Shown one piece after another: positions 19,550-28,822 of a stretch of DNA of 59,091 bases (position 1 is the first letter of the stretch; each line of letters starts with the position of its first letter). The notes under the pieces were generated by a model. The model saw only the letters and a program-made list of their open reading frames with translations. It was not told the DNA's origin and did not search any database. The position numbers were made by a program, and so were the translations under genes. Source of the stretch: a virus (lineage: Duplodnaviria; Caudoviricetes); IMG/VR virus record IMGVR_UViG_3300027908_000029, positions 1 through 59,091 of that record. One strand, given 5' to 3'.

Positions 19550-20086
19550 ATGGCCACTAATCGCGTAATGCCGCTCGATCCCAACTCTCTGTACATTCAC
19601 TGCCCTACTTGTGAAGCCAACGGCACCAAGAACGTCCCGGTCAATCGCGATATGGACACCGCAAAATGCGCTCTGGGTCATACGTTCACAGGTTCGCTGA
19701 TGATGACTGTGCGGCCATTCTCTGGGGATCAACCAGACACTGCGCACATGAGCATGGTGCCGTTGTCGTCGAATGAACAGCCACCGCCGACGAGCGTGAA
19801 ATGGAGTGTGTGGATCAATCCGAAGGTCAAGGAGTTGCTGGAGTCGAGATTCAAAAGCAACCTTATAGCCACACTTGACGTGCTCCTCTCATCGCTCGCC
19901 GATGGCAATGTGCTCCTGATGAGCGGACCGGACGTGGGTAAGCTCAAGAAGCGCGGATTGTCGAACGGTGCCCAGATCATCGCAGCGCTGGATGCGACCG
20001 ACAACACTGAGACTGAGAACCGTCAGCTCCGCGCCCAGATCGAGAAATATGAAAGTGTGTTCAGGGCCGCAGGAGTCGGACAGTGA
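19550..20086 (+). CDS. Zn-finger/coiled-coil hypothetical protein
   Basis: CPTC...CALGH; lies between terL and portal. Confidence 0.65.
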   Translation: MATNRVMPLDPNSLYIHCPTCEANGTKNVPVNRDMDTAKCALGHTFTGSLMMTVRPFSGDQPDTAHMSMVPLSSNEQPPPTSVKWSVWINPKVKELLESRFKSNLIATLDVLLSSLADGNVLLMSGPDVGKLKKRGLSNGAQIIAALDATDNTETENRQLRAQIEKYESVFRAAGVGQ

Positions 20087-20119
20087 CACAGTGATTGACT
20101 CGTCTGCTACTATCTAACC

Positions 20120-22003
20120 GTGGCCACTCTGCCCACTACTCCCGCACAGCCTCAGCCTCTCGGTGAAGCTCCCCCGACCCCGGCTGGTCTCACTCCCGGT
20201 GCCGCGCTCAAACTCGAACAAGACGTGATCGAGTGGTGCGAAGGTCTATACACCAACGCGACTGAAGACGTGAGCTTCCAGCAGGAATGCCGGGAGACGA
20301 TGAGGCTGATTGAGTACGTGTACTCCGACAAACACTGGAATGAACGGAGTCGCTTCTCCCGTAATAAACCGGTATTGCCAAAGGCGAAGCGCCACGCATG
20401 GGAAACTACATCTCTCCTCACCGATCTCGCGCTGGACTTCCAAATCCGCACCTACGATCATTTCGATAAGAGCAGCAAATTCGAGTCGATGCTCAACGAG
20501 TTGTGCTCCATCTGGGCCTTGAGGAACGACTTCGAGAACTCAATTTATGACACCGTGATGTATGGACTGTTGCATACTGGTCCGGCCAAAATCCAGTGGA
20601 ACTCCACGTTGAACGGTGGCATGGGTGACGTGCAAATCATCCCGATTGCCCCGTGGCAGTGGGCGACACTTGGCTGCGGCAACAATCCGAAAGACGCAGA
20701 ATGCATTTTGTATTTTCCGGTGGTCACGAAGGAGCACCTGATCAGGCGTTTTGGTGAGACTGCTCGCCGTGTCGAATGCGACGTTGATTTCGGTGCCGCC
20801 CTCAGCGGCAATTTCAACCGTCCATCGGGGATTGGCAAGGCGTCATGGGCTGCGATGTCGCAGACTCTCCGCAAAAAACTCGGTGTGCAATCCGCTGCTG
20901 GTAGTGGCGATCCATATCCAAAAGCTGTATTGAAAGAGGCATGGCTTACCGATGACTCGAAGAACGACAGGTCATACACGGTGACAGTCGGCCCTGCCAG
21001 CAGCAGTGGTGAGCCACTGACCAACTGGGCATATCGAGTCGAACCCGGTGAGGCATTGTATCCGCGCGGCCGAGTGATCTGCTGGGCGGGTGGCAAGGTT
21101 TTTGAGGACGCGCCCAATCCCTACTGGCATGCCTACAAACCATTCCCGGTGTATCGGCCTTTGCGTCTCGCGTGGGAAATGTCGGGGAACTCCACATTGA
21201 AACCATGGACGCTTATGAACAACACAATCAATAAGCTCATGGGTGGGATACTGGATTCGATCTACGCTCTGAATGAGCCAACACTGATTGCTCCCAAAGG
21301 TGCGTTCCCGGCGGGAGACTGGGAATCACTGGACCCAGGTGCGGCAGGCGGCAAGATCCGTTACAACAACAATGCGCCGAAAGCCCCCGAGTTCGCCAAG
21401 CGCGGAGAGTTCCCGATTGCACCAGCATTACAGGCAATCGATCAGATCAACAAAGAACTCGATATGTCCTCGGGTGCGAGTGCGATGTCGCAGGCATTGA
21501 ACAAGAAACAGGTGCCCGGCGGAGACACGTTGGAGATGATATTGAGTTCGCGTTCACTGCCGATACGCTTGCAGTCTCGTGCACTGACATCGTTCGTCGA
21601 AGACATCGGATACATGGGCACGGCTAATATTTTGCAATTTTATTCTGTCGCGCATCGCGTGGCCTTACTCGGAGAACGCGGCATCACACCCAGCGACTAC
21701 CAGCCTGTGTACGGAGAATTTTTTAATAAGGGATTCGGGTGTAAGCCCGAAGAATTTGTGAGACGGTTTCAATTCACAGTGAAACCAGATAGCACGCTGG
21801 CATCCAGCAAAGACACCAAGATTCCGATACTACTTCAACTACGTAAGCAAGGGGATCTGTCTCGCAAGGAGATGTACAAACGTATCGATCCTGGGTTCGA
21901 TGATGCCACCAATGAGGCAGAATTGATCCGCGAGGCGAAACTCAAGCTGGTTCTCGGTGCTCTCGGCGCGGCTGCGCAAGGGAAAACCGCTAAGAAAAAG
22001 TAG
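20120..22003 (+). CDS. Portal protein (P22-like)
   Basis: 627 aa after terminase; GPAKIQWN, NPYWH..PFPVY, helical stem, FTVKPDSTL pattern. Confidence 0.85.
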   Translation: MATLPTTPAQPQPLGEAPPTPAGLTPGAALKLEQDVIEWCEGLYTNATEDVSFQQECRETMRLIEYVYSDKHWNERSRFSRNKPVLPKAKRHAWETTSLLTDLALDFQIRTYDHFDKSSKFESMLNELCSIWALRNDFENSIYDTVMYGLLHTGPAKIQWNSTLNGGMGDVQIIPIAPWQWATLGCGNNPKDAECILYFPVVTKEHLIRRFGETARRVECDVDFGAALSGNFNRPSGIGKASWAAMSQTLRKKLGVQSAAGSGDPYPKAVLKEAWLTDDSKNDRSYTVTVGPASSSGEPLTNWAYRVEPGEALYPRGRVICWAGGKVFEDAPNPYWHAYKPFPVYRPLRLAWEMSGNSTLKPWTLMNNTINKLMGGILDSIYALNEPTLIAPKGAFPAGDWESLDPGAAGGKIRYNNNAPKAPEFAKRGEFPIAPALQAIDQINKELDMSSGASAMSQALNKKQVPGGDTLEMILSSRSLPIRLQSRALTSFVEDIGYMGTANILQFYSVAHRVALLGERGITPSDYQPVYGEFFNKGFGCKPEEFVRRFQFTVKPDSTLASSKDTKIPILLQLRKQGDLSRKEMYKRIDPGFDDATNEAELIREAKLKLVLGALGAAAQGKTAKKK

Positions 22004-22008
22004 TCACG

Positions 22009-22950
22009 TCATTCACGTCTAGGGTTTAGTAACCACTTTTTGTGTGTACCCTTTGGGCGCGTGAACTCCTCAAACGTGTGACATTTATAGCGATACCATC
22101 TCTGCATCAGTACATACCTAGATAGCCCTAGAGCCTCTGACCACTCCTTGAAGGTTTTTCCGAAGATCAAAAGTGGGGCTCGATCAACTCTCCTGTTGAT
22201 GCACTTGGCTTTCCGGTGTGGCCGAGAGGGTGTAGTCAAAGTCTCCTCTACCGACCACCCGCGTCGCAGTCTGTCGTTAATACACGCCCATTTCATATTC
22301 AGCTCACTTGCCCACTGTGTGACAGTTTTCCGCTCCCCGTTCCATTCTATAAATCGGCTGTTGCGTTTATTGTTGTTTTGTACATCGTCATCGGTCCACG
22401 TGCAATTATTAGGGTTGTATCCCTTTTCGTTATCTTTTCGGTGAATAGTCAGCCCACGTCTATAGCCATTTGCAATTGACCAGTCGTAGAACGGCCTGAA
22501 CTCCTGCCACTCAGAGCAGACCTTGATACCCAACGCTCCGTAAGTGTAGTAGCGGTCACACTTCGGGTTGTAGCATCGGTAATGCATGTTGTGCCAAGCA
22601 GCGCATATAGTCCTCCAGTCTCTCTTTTCTCTTTCTGTCCTTCCCTCGTTGCGTATATTTTTCCTGATACGTACACCCTTTGCTATTTGCGTGTACTGCC
22701 TTTTTGGCGACCAGTAGCAGTTGGACGGAGAGAAGTCTTTGTCCAAGTCATAACGCGCTAAATAAACTCCGGATTTGTATCCGTTGGATTTGGACCATGA
22801 TATGAAGTTGTGAGACGACTGCCACTCTTCGCAGATTTTTATTCCGCGCTTTCCGTGGATGTGGTAGGAGGTATTTTCGGGGTTGTAGCAGCGCTCTCTA
22901 AGCATGAAGTACATGCCATGCAAGCGTTGTATGACCGCTCGTTTTAGCAT
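22009..22950 (-). CDS. Free-standing HNH-like homing endonuclease with two tandem nuclease domains
   Basis: Two RCYNP...Y...GIK(I/V)C.EW...Y/F.P.NC.W units plus DNA-binding tail; AT-rich; ATG 22950 coupled to an upstream micro-ORF. Confidence 0.85.
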   Translation of the reverse strand: MLKRAVIQRLHGMYFMLRERCYNPENTSYHIHGKRGIKICEEWQSSHNFISWSKSNGYKSGVYLARYDLDKDFSPSNCYWSPKRQYTQIAKGVRIRKNIRNEGRTEREKRDWRTICAAWHNMHYRCYNPKCDRYYTYGALGIKVCSEWQEFRPFYDWSIANGYRRGLTIHRKDNEKGYNPNNCTWTDDDVQNNNKRNSRFIEWNGERKTVTQWASELNMKWACINDRLRRGWSVEETLTTPSRPHRKAKCINRRVDRAPLLIFGKTFKEWSEALGLSRYVLMQRWYRYKCHTFEEFTRPKGTHKKWLLNPRRE

Positions 22951-23090
22951 TTGTGCGCGAGCCTTTCCCGCCCTGTCAATGGCACTCCGCATTTCGGGCA
23001 CGGTTTGATGACTGGGGGTCTGCCACCGCCATGCGTTTTGCGTTTGGATGCGAGTGTTCGACCTGCTTCGGATACCTGTTTCTTGTTCAT
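22944..23090 (-). CDS. 48-aa basic Zn-finger microprotein (not in ORF track)
   Basis: MNKKQVSEAGRTLASKRKTHGGGRPPVIKPCPKCGVPLTGRERLAHKC; promoter immediately upstream; stop overlaps the endonuclease start. Confidence 0.7.
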   Translation of the reverse strand: MNKKQVSEAGRTLASKRKTHGGGRPPVIKPCPKCGVPLTGRERLAHKC

Positions 23091-23096
23091 TGGTAC

Positions 23097-23125
23097 ATTC
23101 TACGTGGTTTGTACAAATATGTAAA
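23097..23125 (-). promoter_or_regulatory. Leftward promoter TTTACA-N17-TAGAAT, leaderless, palindrome TTTGTACAAA in spacer
   Basis: -10 ends 6 nt before ATG 23090; no SD. Confidence 0.7.
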
Positions 23126-23294
23126 CAGGAGGATTGAAAATGGGGGTTTCAAAAATAAGTACAATTCCGGTTGCGCGACATCTCCCGATTGTGAGACGTT
23201 CCATTCGTGAGGCTGGTAAGAATGCCTGCGAGCCCTCACATGGGCCAGTTGGTTAGACCCAATTCTAAAATCTAAGATAGGAGGTACAACCAAT

Positions 23295-23354
23295 ATGGCA
23301 CGACGCAAAGGGCGCGGCAAAAAGCGTAAGGGCGGACGGCACGGCAAGCGGTAA
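23295..23354 (+). CDS. 19-aa Arg/Lys/Gly-rich peptide (not in ORF track)
   Basis: MARRKGRGKKRKGGRHGKR with AGGAGGT RBS. Confidence 0.7.
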   Translation: MARRKGRGKKRKGGRHGKR

Positions 23355-23374
23355 CCACCCACAACGTTAATTTC

Positions 23375-23422
23375 TGCGGAGTGGGTAGGGGCTGCTCAAG
23401 CGTAGTCTCTGGCCACTCCGCA
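23375..23422 (+). other. Long intergenic RNA hairpin
   Basis: TGCGGAGTGG/CCACTCCGCA perfect 10-bp stem extended by an inner G-U-containing stem; no U-tract. Confidence 0.6.
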
Positions 23423-23453
23423 TAACAATCTGCATCTGCAAGGAGGCGCAATC

Positions 23454-23696
23454 ATGGCAATGAAATCCGGCAAGAACAAAGAAGTAGCCAAGCACCCCCC
23501 GATGGGTTCCCGCGAAGAGTCCTTCGGTGGCTGCCCCGGAGAGGTAGCAATCGGCGGCGGCACGATGCACTTGTTCGGGCACAGGAAGAAAGAGTCGGGA
23601 GTCTGGCCGACCAATCCTGTCAGCGTTGATCAGAAATCGGGCTATCCGCAAGGCTGGGATGGCAAGAACATGGGTCCGAAGGCCGGCAAGAATTAA
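23454..23696 (+). CDS. Small Gly/Lys-rich head-module protein
   Basis: AAGGAGG RBS. Confidence 0.7.
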   Translation: MAMKSGKNKEVAKHPPMGSREESFGGCPGEVAIGGGTMHLFGHRKKESGVWPTNPVSVDQKSGYPQGWDGKNMGPKAGKN

Positions 23697-23715
23697 CGAG
23701 CACTGATCGATCACA

Positions 23716-24117
23716 ATGGCAGACTCCACCAAATCCGGTAAGGCTCCTAGTTTCTACTCGGCAGCGGCTGACATGGCGATGCAGGGTGGGAAGCCGGGTG
23801 GAGCTGGCGCGGCCCCAGGTGGTGCAGGCGCATCCGGTGACACCGCCGCCGAGGAAACCAAGATCATCTCCACTTTGCTCGAAGTCTACGACAAGTGGGA
23901 GAAACTGGCGAAAGACCCAAAGCGCAAGGAAAAGATTCAGCAACTCGCAACGATCACGAAAGAGATTCAGTCGGGGCAGATGGGTGGAGACGGTAAGCCT
24001 CCCGCCGCAGCCGACGCAATGGGTGGGCCGACGCCGGATGCGGGCGCGGGAGCAGGAGGCATGGCCGCTGGTGCTGGTGGTGCAGCGGCAGGAGCAGGGC
24101 AGACAGTCCCGGCATAG
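23716..24117 (+). CDS. Gly/Ala-rich head-module protein
   Basis: Central helical hairpin with low-complexity ends; precedes the scaffold. Confidence 0.7.
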   Translation: MADSTKSGKAPSFYSAAADMAMQGGKPGGAGAAPGGAGASGDTAAEETKIISTLLEVYDKWEKLAKDPKRKEKIQQLATITKEIQSGQMGGDGKPPAAADAMGGPTPDAGAGAGGMAAGAGGAAAGAGQTVPA

Positions 24118-24140
24118 TCCGGTGAACAGGAGACTCGATC

Positions 24141-24950
24141 ATGGCAAAGACTCTCAGCGAAGAACTTCTGGCACTACTTGACGCGGATACGCAGGCGAAA
24201 GTGAAAGCGGCGTTGGCAGCGAAACCCGAACTCATGGTCAGGGATTTGAAAGGCAAAGAATTGCTGGACCTGTATGACGGTGTGAGCGATGACACGACTA
24301 CTGCGACGACCACGGCCACGCACACGCCCACTCTGCCGAGTTCGGCCTCGACTACCGCTGCTGGCACAACTACGGTGGCATCCGGTAGCACATCAACTGG
24401 CGCTGCCGGCGAACTGGCCGTGGTACTCGCTCGGCTCGAATCCCTCAAGACCGACATCAACACGACCATCGAGGCCAAGCTCAAGGACTACATCCCAGCG
24501 GCCAAGCTCGACGAGTACCGGACATCACTGCTGACATCCGCGATCAAGTCCGCTGATGACTATGCGAGTGTCCGTGAATCCCACCGCGCGGAATTCAACG
24601 AACCTTTGGATCGCACGGCATTCGAGAAATTCGTCGTCGATCAAAAAGCCGGCGGAATTGGCTATCAATCCATGTCTGCCGCGCACGACGCATTTGTGAA
24701 AGACAAGCGTGTGACTGCGAGCGCCGCCGCCGAGAAAGCGAAGATCGATGCCGCAGTGGCCGAAGCACTGAAACAGGCACGGAGTTCTGGTAGCGTACCG
24801 GGTCAGACTCAGTCCACTGCGATGTCGCCGGCGCAGCAGGTGATTGCGAAGGCGAAGGCTGCGGGCAATGGTCAGGGCACTGGTAGCAACGCGGAGCGAG
24901 TGGCACGGGAACTCGAAGCACTGGAACGCAATCGCGCCAGCGTTCAGTAA
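24141..24950 (+). CDS. Putative capsid scaffolding protein
   Basis: Helical Ala/Lys-rich protein immediately before the capsid gene; AGGAG RBS. Confidence 0.7.
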   Translation: MAKTLSEELLALLDADTQAKVKAALAAKPELMVRDLKGKELLDLYDGVSDDTTTATTTATHTPTLPSSASTTAAGTTTVASGSTSTGAAGELAVVLARLESLKTDINTTIEAKLKDYIPAAKLDEYRTSLLTSAIKSADDYASVRESHRAEFNEPLDRTAFEKFVVDQKAGGIGYQSMSAAHDAFVKDKRVTASAAAEKAKIDAAVAEALKQARSSGSVPGQTQSTAMSPAQQVIAKAKAAGNGQGTGSNAERVARELEALERNRASVQ

Positions 24951-25006
24951 CACAAGTTTGGTTTTGGATTTCGATCTGAGAGTTCGCACCAACAGGAGAT
25001 AGTCGA

Positions 25007-25981
25007 ATGGCAAACTATGGTGATCTACAAGCCGTCACAACGAACTACATCAGTGACGAATTTATCGATTCCTACTTTAAGGTCAGCCCCACGTTTGTCA
25101 AAGTGTGGAAGGGTGGCACTATGGCCAAAGCCTATCCCGGCGGCTATCAGATCCAAGTGCCCTTTCAATACGCGCCTCTCAAAGCAGGCCCGTTCGCGCC
25201 CGGCGGAGTGTTCGACATCTCCTACATTCAGACGCAGACGGCGATGTTGTTCAATCCCAAGTTCAGCTACGCCAATGTCACAGTCCGTCGCACTGACTTG
25301 GCGATCAACCGTGGCTGGCCAGCGGTGATGAATTTCCTGGAGCCGAAGGTGGTGAATGCTGAACAAGCGCTCGCCCAGACTCTGATCACTCAGTTTTTCG
25401 CGGACGGTCAGGGCACAGTGACTCCCGTGATCGCACTCGACGGGATTCTGGCCGGATACGATGACGGCACCAATTACACGTCCTACGGCGGGATCACGCG
25501 GACTTCGATCGCGACAGGCGCGTCCACTGGCATCAACGGATATTTCTTTTCCAACTCGTCCACCAACTGGCCGTTCAGTCTCCAGCAATTACAAGTGGCG
25601 TATGGCCAAGCGACATTCGGCCCGGACCAGCCCAATTTCATCGCTACCACCCAGTCGATCTACAACTCGTTCTGGGCGAAGATGCTGCCGATGCAGCGCA
25701 CATACGAGATCGACCCCGATTTGCAGTCCGCTGGATTCCGCAGCTTCAAGTTCAACGGGATGTCGGTAGTCGTCGATCAGTACTGCCCGAGCGCGACCAT
25801 CTTCGGCATGAACACGGATTACATCGACGCCTATGTCTCAGAGGATCCAGCGTTCAACTTCGGGTTCACCGGATGGAAAGAGTTACCGAACTCGCTGGAC
25901 ATGGCGGCACAGACCGTTTTTGGAGGCAACATCGTCGTGACCGCTCCCCGGCTCGGTTTTGTGATGACGCAGGTTCAGTAA
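25007..25981 (+). CDS. Major capsid protein
   Basis: 324 aa after scaffold; GGYQIQVPFQY, FFADG, PNFIATT, AGFRSFKFNG.SVVVDQYCP, GNIVVTAPR HK97-fold patterns; strong RBS. Confidence 0.88.
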   Translation: MANYGDLQAVTTNYISDEFIDSYFKVSPTFVKVWKGGTMAKAYPGGYQIQVPFQYAPLKAGPFAPGGVFDISYIQTQTAMLFNPKFSYANVTVRRTDLAINRGWPAVMNFLEPKVVNAEQALAQTLITQFFADGQGTVTPVIALDGILAGYDDGTNYTSYGGITRTSIATGASTGINGYFFSNSSTNWPFSLQQLQVAYGQATFGPDQPNFIATTQSIYNSFWAKMLPMQRTYEIDPDLQSAGFRSFKFNGMSVVVDQYCPSATIFGMNTDYIDAYVSEDPAFNFGFTGWKELPNSLDMAAQTVFGGNIVVTAPRLGFVMTQVQ

Positions 25982-26027
25982 TTGTAAACGTTTACGATTT
26001 AAGACTTTCGCACTACGGAGAATCGCA

Positions 26028-26645
26028 ATGGCACTGACGAATGAATTTCCGGTAATCGGACCGAACGCACTCGGCAACGTCTACGGTGTAGTGGATGCCT
26101 ACAACACTCTACTGCCGAACAACGGTGCGTTGAATCCTCTGGGCTCATTGTGGACGATCCCGTCGCCGTCGCAGGGCGGCAACACCCTGCTGGCTACGAG
26201 TGTCGGCTACGGAAGTTTTCTGACAGTTCGTTACGTTCGGTACAGCTCGACCTCTAATCCAGCGATGGTGGCTGGTCCGGGCGTCGTGTATTACACGGAC
26301 GAAACACTCACTACGGTGACAGGCGCGTATTCGGAAAGCTACCTCGCCAGCAACCCGACTTATGCTGCCGGGTTCCTGCTGCCGAACACGGGATCGGTGA
26401 CGGGTGTCGGCCTCGGATCGGGTGTGTCTGCTACTTTGCTCAATGGCAATTACGTATTCATCGCGGTTGCTGGATTCGTGCCCAAGGCTTACGTCGGCGG
26501 CGCAGCGCAGGGCAATCCGTTCATGGGTACGACTGGAGCGTTCACAGTCGCTATCACCACCACGGTGCTGCGAACGATCGGCTGGGTGTGGAGTTCGCCG
26601 TCGTCCAGCATCGCTGATGTGGTGATGGGGATTCCGCTGTTCTAA
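26028..26645 (+). CDS. Putative capsid decoration/cement protein
   Basis: Follows MCP; VRYVRY and GNYVFIAVAG beta-rich pattern. Confidence 0.6.
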   Translation: MALTNEFPVIGPNALGNVYGVVDAYNTLLPNNGALNPLGSLWTIPSPSQGGNTLLATSVGYGSFLTVRYVRYSSTSNPAMVAGPGVVYYTDETLTTVTGAYSESYLASNPTYAAGFLLPNTGSVTGVGLGSGVSATLLNGNYVFIAVAGFVPKAYVGGAAQGNPFMGTTGAFTVAITTTVLRTIGWVWSSPSSSIADVVMGIPLF

Positions 26646-26677
26646 CTGCGGTCGGCATCGAGTAAGGAGATTTTCAA

Positions 26678-27262
26678 ATGGGCAAGGCGACTTCGGAGAT
26701 CGGTGAGAGAGGAGTTCTAAAAGTAATAGATGAACTTCTTGCGCGCGGGCTTTCGCCTTATCGTCCTGTTGTTGATGATGGCGTGGATATCATGCTGTCT
26801 TCAGGGTTGAGGATTCAGGTAAAAACGGCTAATTTAACTTGCCACGGTAGATCAAAAAATGGGGAGCTTCGCTATCGTGCATACGCTTTTAGCCCAGAGG
26901 GTGTGCGATTTACACAACAGGTTCCAAATAAGCCCACATTCACATGGACGCAGCGGAAGAAGTCCTCGCAAGTTGATTTCTATGTGCTGGTTGGGTTGAA
27001 CGAAAACAGATTCTGGATAGTGGCCTCCAAACACTTGTCGCGTATGCATAGGGTCAAAATAGGTGCCAAAATTGTAAGATTTAGGCATCACGGTGATAGG
27101 GAAGCCGACTGGACTGCGATTCGATCAGGAGAGGATAATTGGGATTTGCTAAGAGCGGCTATTAGGCGAGAACCTGATTCGTTTAACCCAGATATACAAG
27201 AACTATCCAAATTTTACTTTAAGGAGGAAGACACCATCGCTTCTTTTGCTGGTGTCAACTAA
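26678..27262 (+). CDS. PD-(D/E)xK endonuclease, I-Ssp6803I-like homing family
   Basis: IGERGV, DDGVDI, RIQVKTA, VDFYVLV; AT-richer than neighbours. Confidence 0.8.
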   Translation: MGKATSEIGERGVLKVIDELLARGLSPYRPVVDDGVDIMLSSGLRIQVKTANLTCHGRSKNGELRYRAYAFSPEGVRFTQQVPNKPTFTWTQRKKSSQVDFYVLVGLNENRFWIVASKHLSRMHRVKIGAKIVRFRHHGDREADWTAIRSGEDNWDLLRAAIRREPDSFNPDIQELSKFYFKEEDTIASFAGVN

Positions 27263-27264
27263 TC

Positions 27265-27684
27265 TTGGCCTTAGCGAACCCTTTGCCCGCAGTCCAAGGC
27301 GCACGCATTGTTCTCGGTCCCGGCATCTGGGAGGACACGTTCATCATCGCTCCCGGTACGTCTGACTACGTGAACACCGGGACCATCGGCACCAGCGGTT
27401 ACATCATCAGTGCACTATCACTCAGGCTCAACCCGACCTATGGCATCATGTCGGCGTGGGTGAGTGGTAACAACGGAACCGCCGCTGGGTATGTCGCCCA
27501 AGTCTATCTCCCGATCGCGCAGATGGGCGGGGTGACTACCGGTGCTGGCTTCGAGGGGTACTCGGCGCTCAACTTCCAAGTGTTCAACTCTCCGGCCTCG
27601 GCTGGAGTGGCACCACTGACGCAAGCGGCCAGCGGATTCAACTTTACGGGCTGTGTCTGGTTGCTTACGGTTCGCGGACAATAA
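27265..27684 (+). CDS. Putative virion structural protein
   Basis: Beta-rich, codon style like MCP; TTG start 2 nt after the endonuclease stop. Confidence 0.6.
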   Translation: MALANPLPAVQGARIVLGPGIWEDTFIIAPGTSDYVNTGTIGTSGYIISALSLRLNPTYGIMSAWVSGNNGTAAGYVAQVYLPIAQMGGVTTGAGFEGYSALNFQVFNSPASAGVAPLTQAASGFNFTGCVWLLTVRGQ

Positions 27685-27728
27685 TTTCAGGCGTCACAGG
27701 AGACATCAATTTTTCGCTGCTGACTGCC

Positions 27729-27769
27729 GAGGGGGACTAATTAAATTATGTCACCGATTAGTCCCCCTC
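27729..27769 (+). promoter_or_regulatory. 13-bp hairpin sequestering the RBS, with the start codon in the loop
   Basis: GAGGGGGACTAAT (27729-27741) and ATTAGTCCCCCTC (27757-27769) are perfect reverse complements around ATG 27748. Confidence 0.7.
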
Positions 27770-28788
27770 CTCCTATTCCCGGCCAGATCGTACCTAACGG
27801 TCAAGCGCCATATACGCAAGCCTATACGTTCGGCCAGGCTATCGGCAATGTCGCCTCTTGGGTACCACACGCCAGTTTGTCCATGATTCAAAATTGGCTT
27901 AACGACGGCCTGCGCGAAGTCGTTGGCCGCCGCCTCTGGTATGGCAATCTCACGCGCGGACAAATCCTCACGAGCGGCTACTACCAGCAGGGCTCGATCG
28001 CGCTCACATACGGCTCGACTAGCGTGCAGGGTACTGGTACGAACTGGACTCAATCTCTGAATGGGCTTCCTATCACTCAGCAGTCTCTGCGCACTGGGTA
28101 CTCGTCGCCAATCTACAACATCGTCGCTCTGAATCAGTCGAGCCAAGTGCTCACTCTGGATCTCCCGTGGGGGAATCCGTCGATCAGTTCGACGGGCTAC
28201 TACATCACAAGCTTGTATTTCAGCATCCCGAATCTGAAATTCTTCTTTTCTGTTCGCAATCTACAAATGTATTACAGGCTCAACACCAACTTCTCTCAGG
28301 CGTTCGTAGACAACTACGATCCGTCGCGGATGATCATCATGTATCCCCGGCTCATCGCTACGATGCCGCCGGACCCGAGCGGGAATTACCAATTCGAGAT
28401 GTGGCCTGCGTCGAATGTGCAAACCGCGTATCCGTGGACGGGATACGTTCAGCCGGCTCCACTCGTGAACGATACCGATAATTTCCCTGCGTTCTGCCGG
28501 TCGGATGCGATAGTGTCTTACGCGATCTCGCAGGCTCTCATGTACCGCACGAAAGACAATCCTAATTACTCTGAGGCCGTGGCGGTTACACTGGCTCAAC
28601 AGAAGCACAAAGAATTCGAGATGCGGATCAATACCGCCGCGCAAGAAGACGAGAATCTGTGGCGGGCCGATATCGTCATGGCGGAGGAGATGCAGGCCCC
28701 GCTGATGGGACCGGATGGACAGTACAGTGGTGGCGCGATGCTCGCGGCGATGTCGGCACAGAGCAGCGATGGCGGGTACTGGGGCTGA
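27748..28788 (+). CDS. Head-tail adaptor/ring protein with inserted beta domain
   Basis: IQNWLNDGLREV helix, GSTSVQGTGTNWT insert, FEMWP, DAIVSYAISQAL helix. Confidence 0.65.
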   Translation: MSPISPPPPIPGQIVPNGQAPYTQAYTFGQAIGNVASWVPHASLSMIQNWLNDGLREVVGRRLWYGNLTRGQILTSGYYQQGSIALTYGSTSVQGTGTNWTQSLNGLPITQQSLRTGYSSPIYNIVALNQSSQVLTLDLPWGNPSISSTGYYITSLYFSIPNLKFFFSVRNLQMYYRLNTNFSQAFVDNYDPSRMIIMYPRLIATMPPDPSGNYQFEMWPASNVQTAYPWTGYVQPAPLVNDTDNFPAFCRSDAIVSYAISQALMYRTKDNPNYSEAVAVTLAQQKHKEFEMRINTAAQEDENLWRADIVMAEEMQAPLMGPDGQYSGGAMLAAMSAQSSDGGYWG

Positions 28789-28822
28789 AACTGGTTGCAC
28801 CGCGTGTTAGGATTTCATTGAG

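Noticed and set aside
26646-27270. Group I intron around the PD-(D/E)xK gene
   Set aside because: Flanking genes look complete and there is no room for an intron core; treated as free-standing
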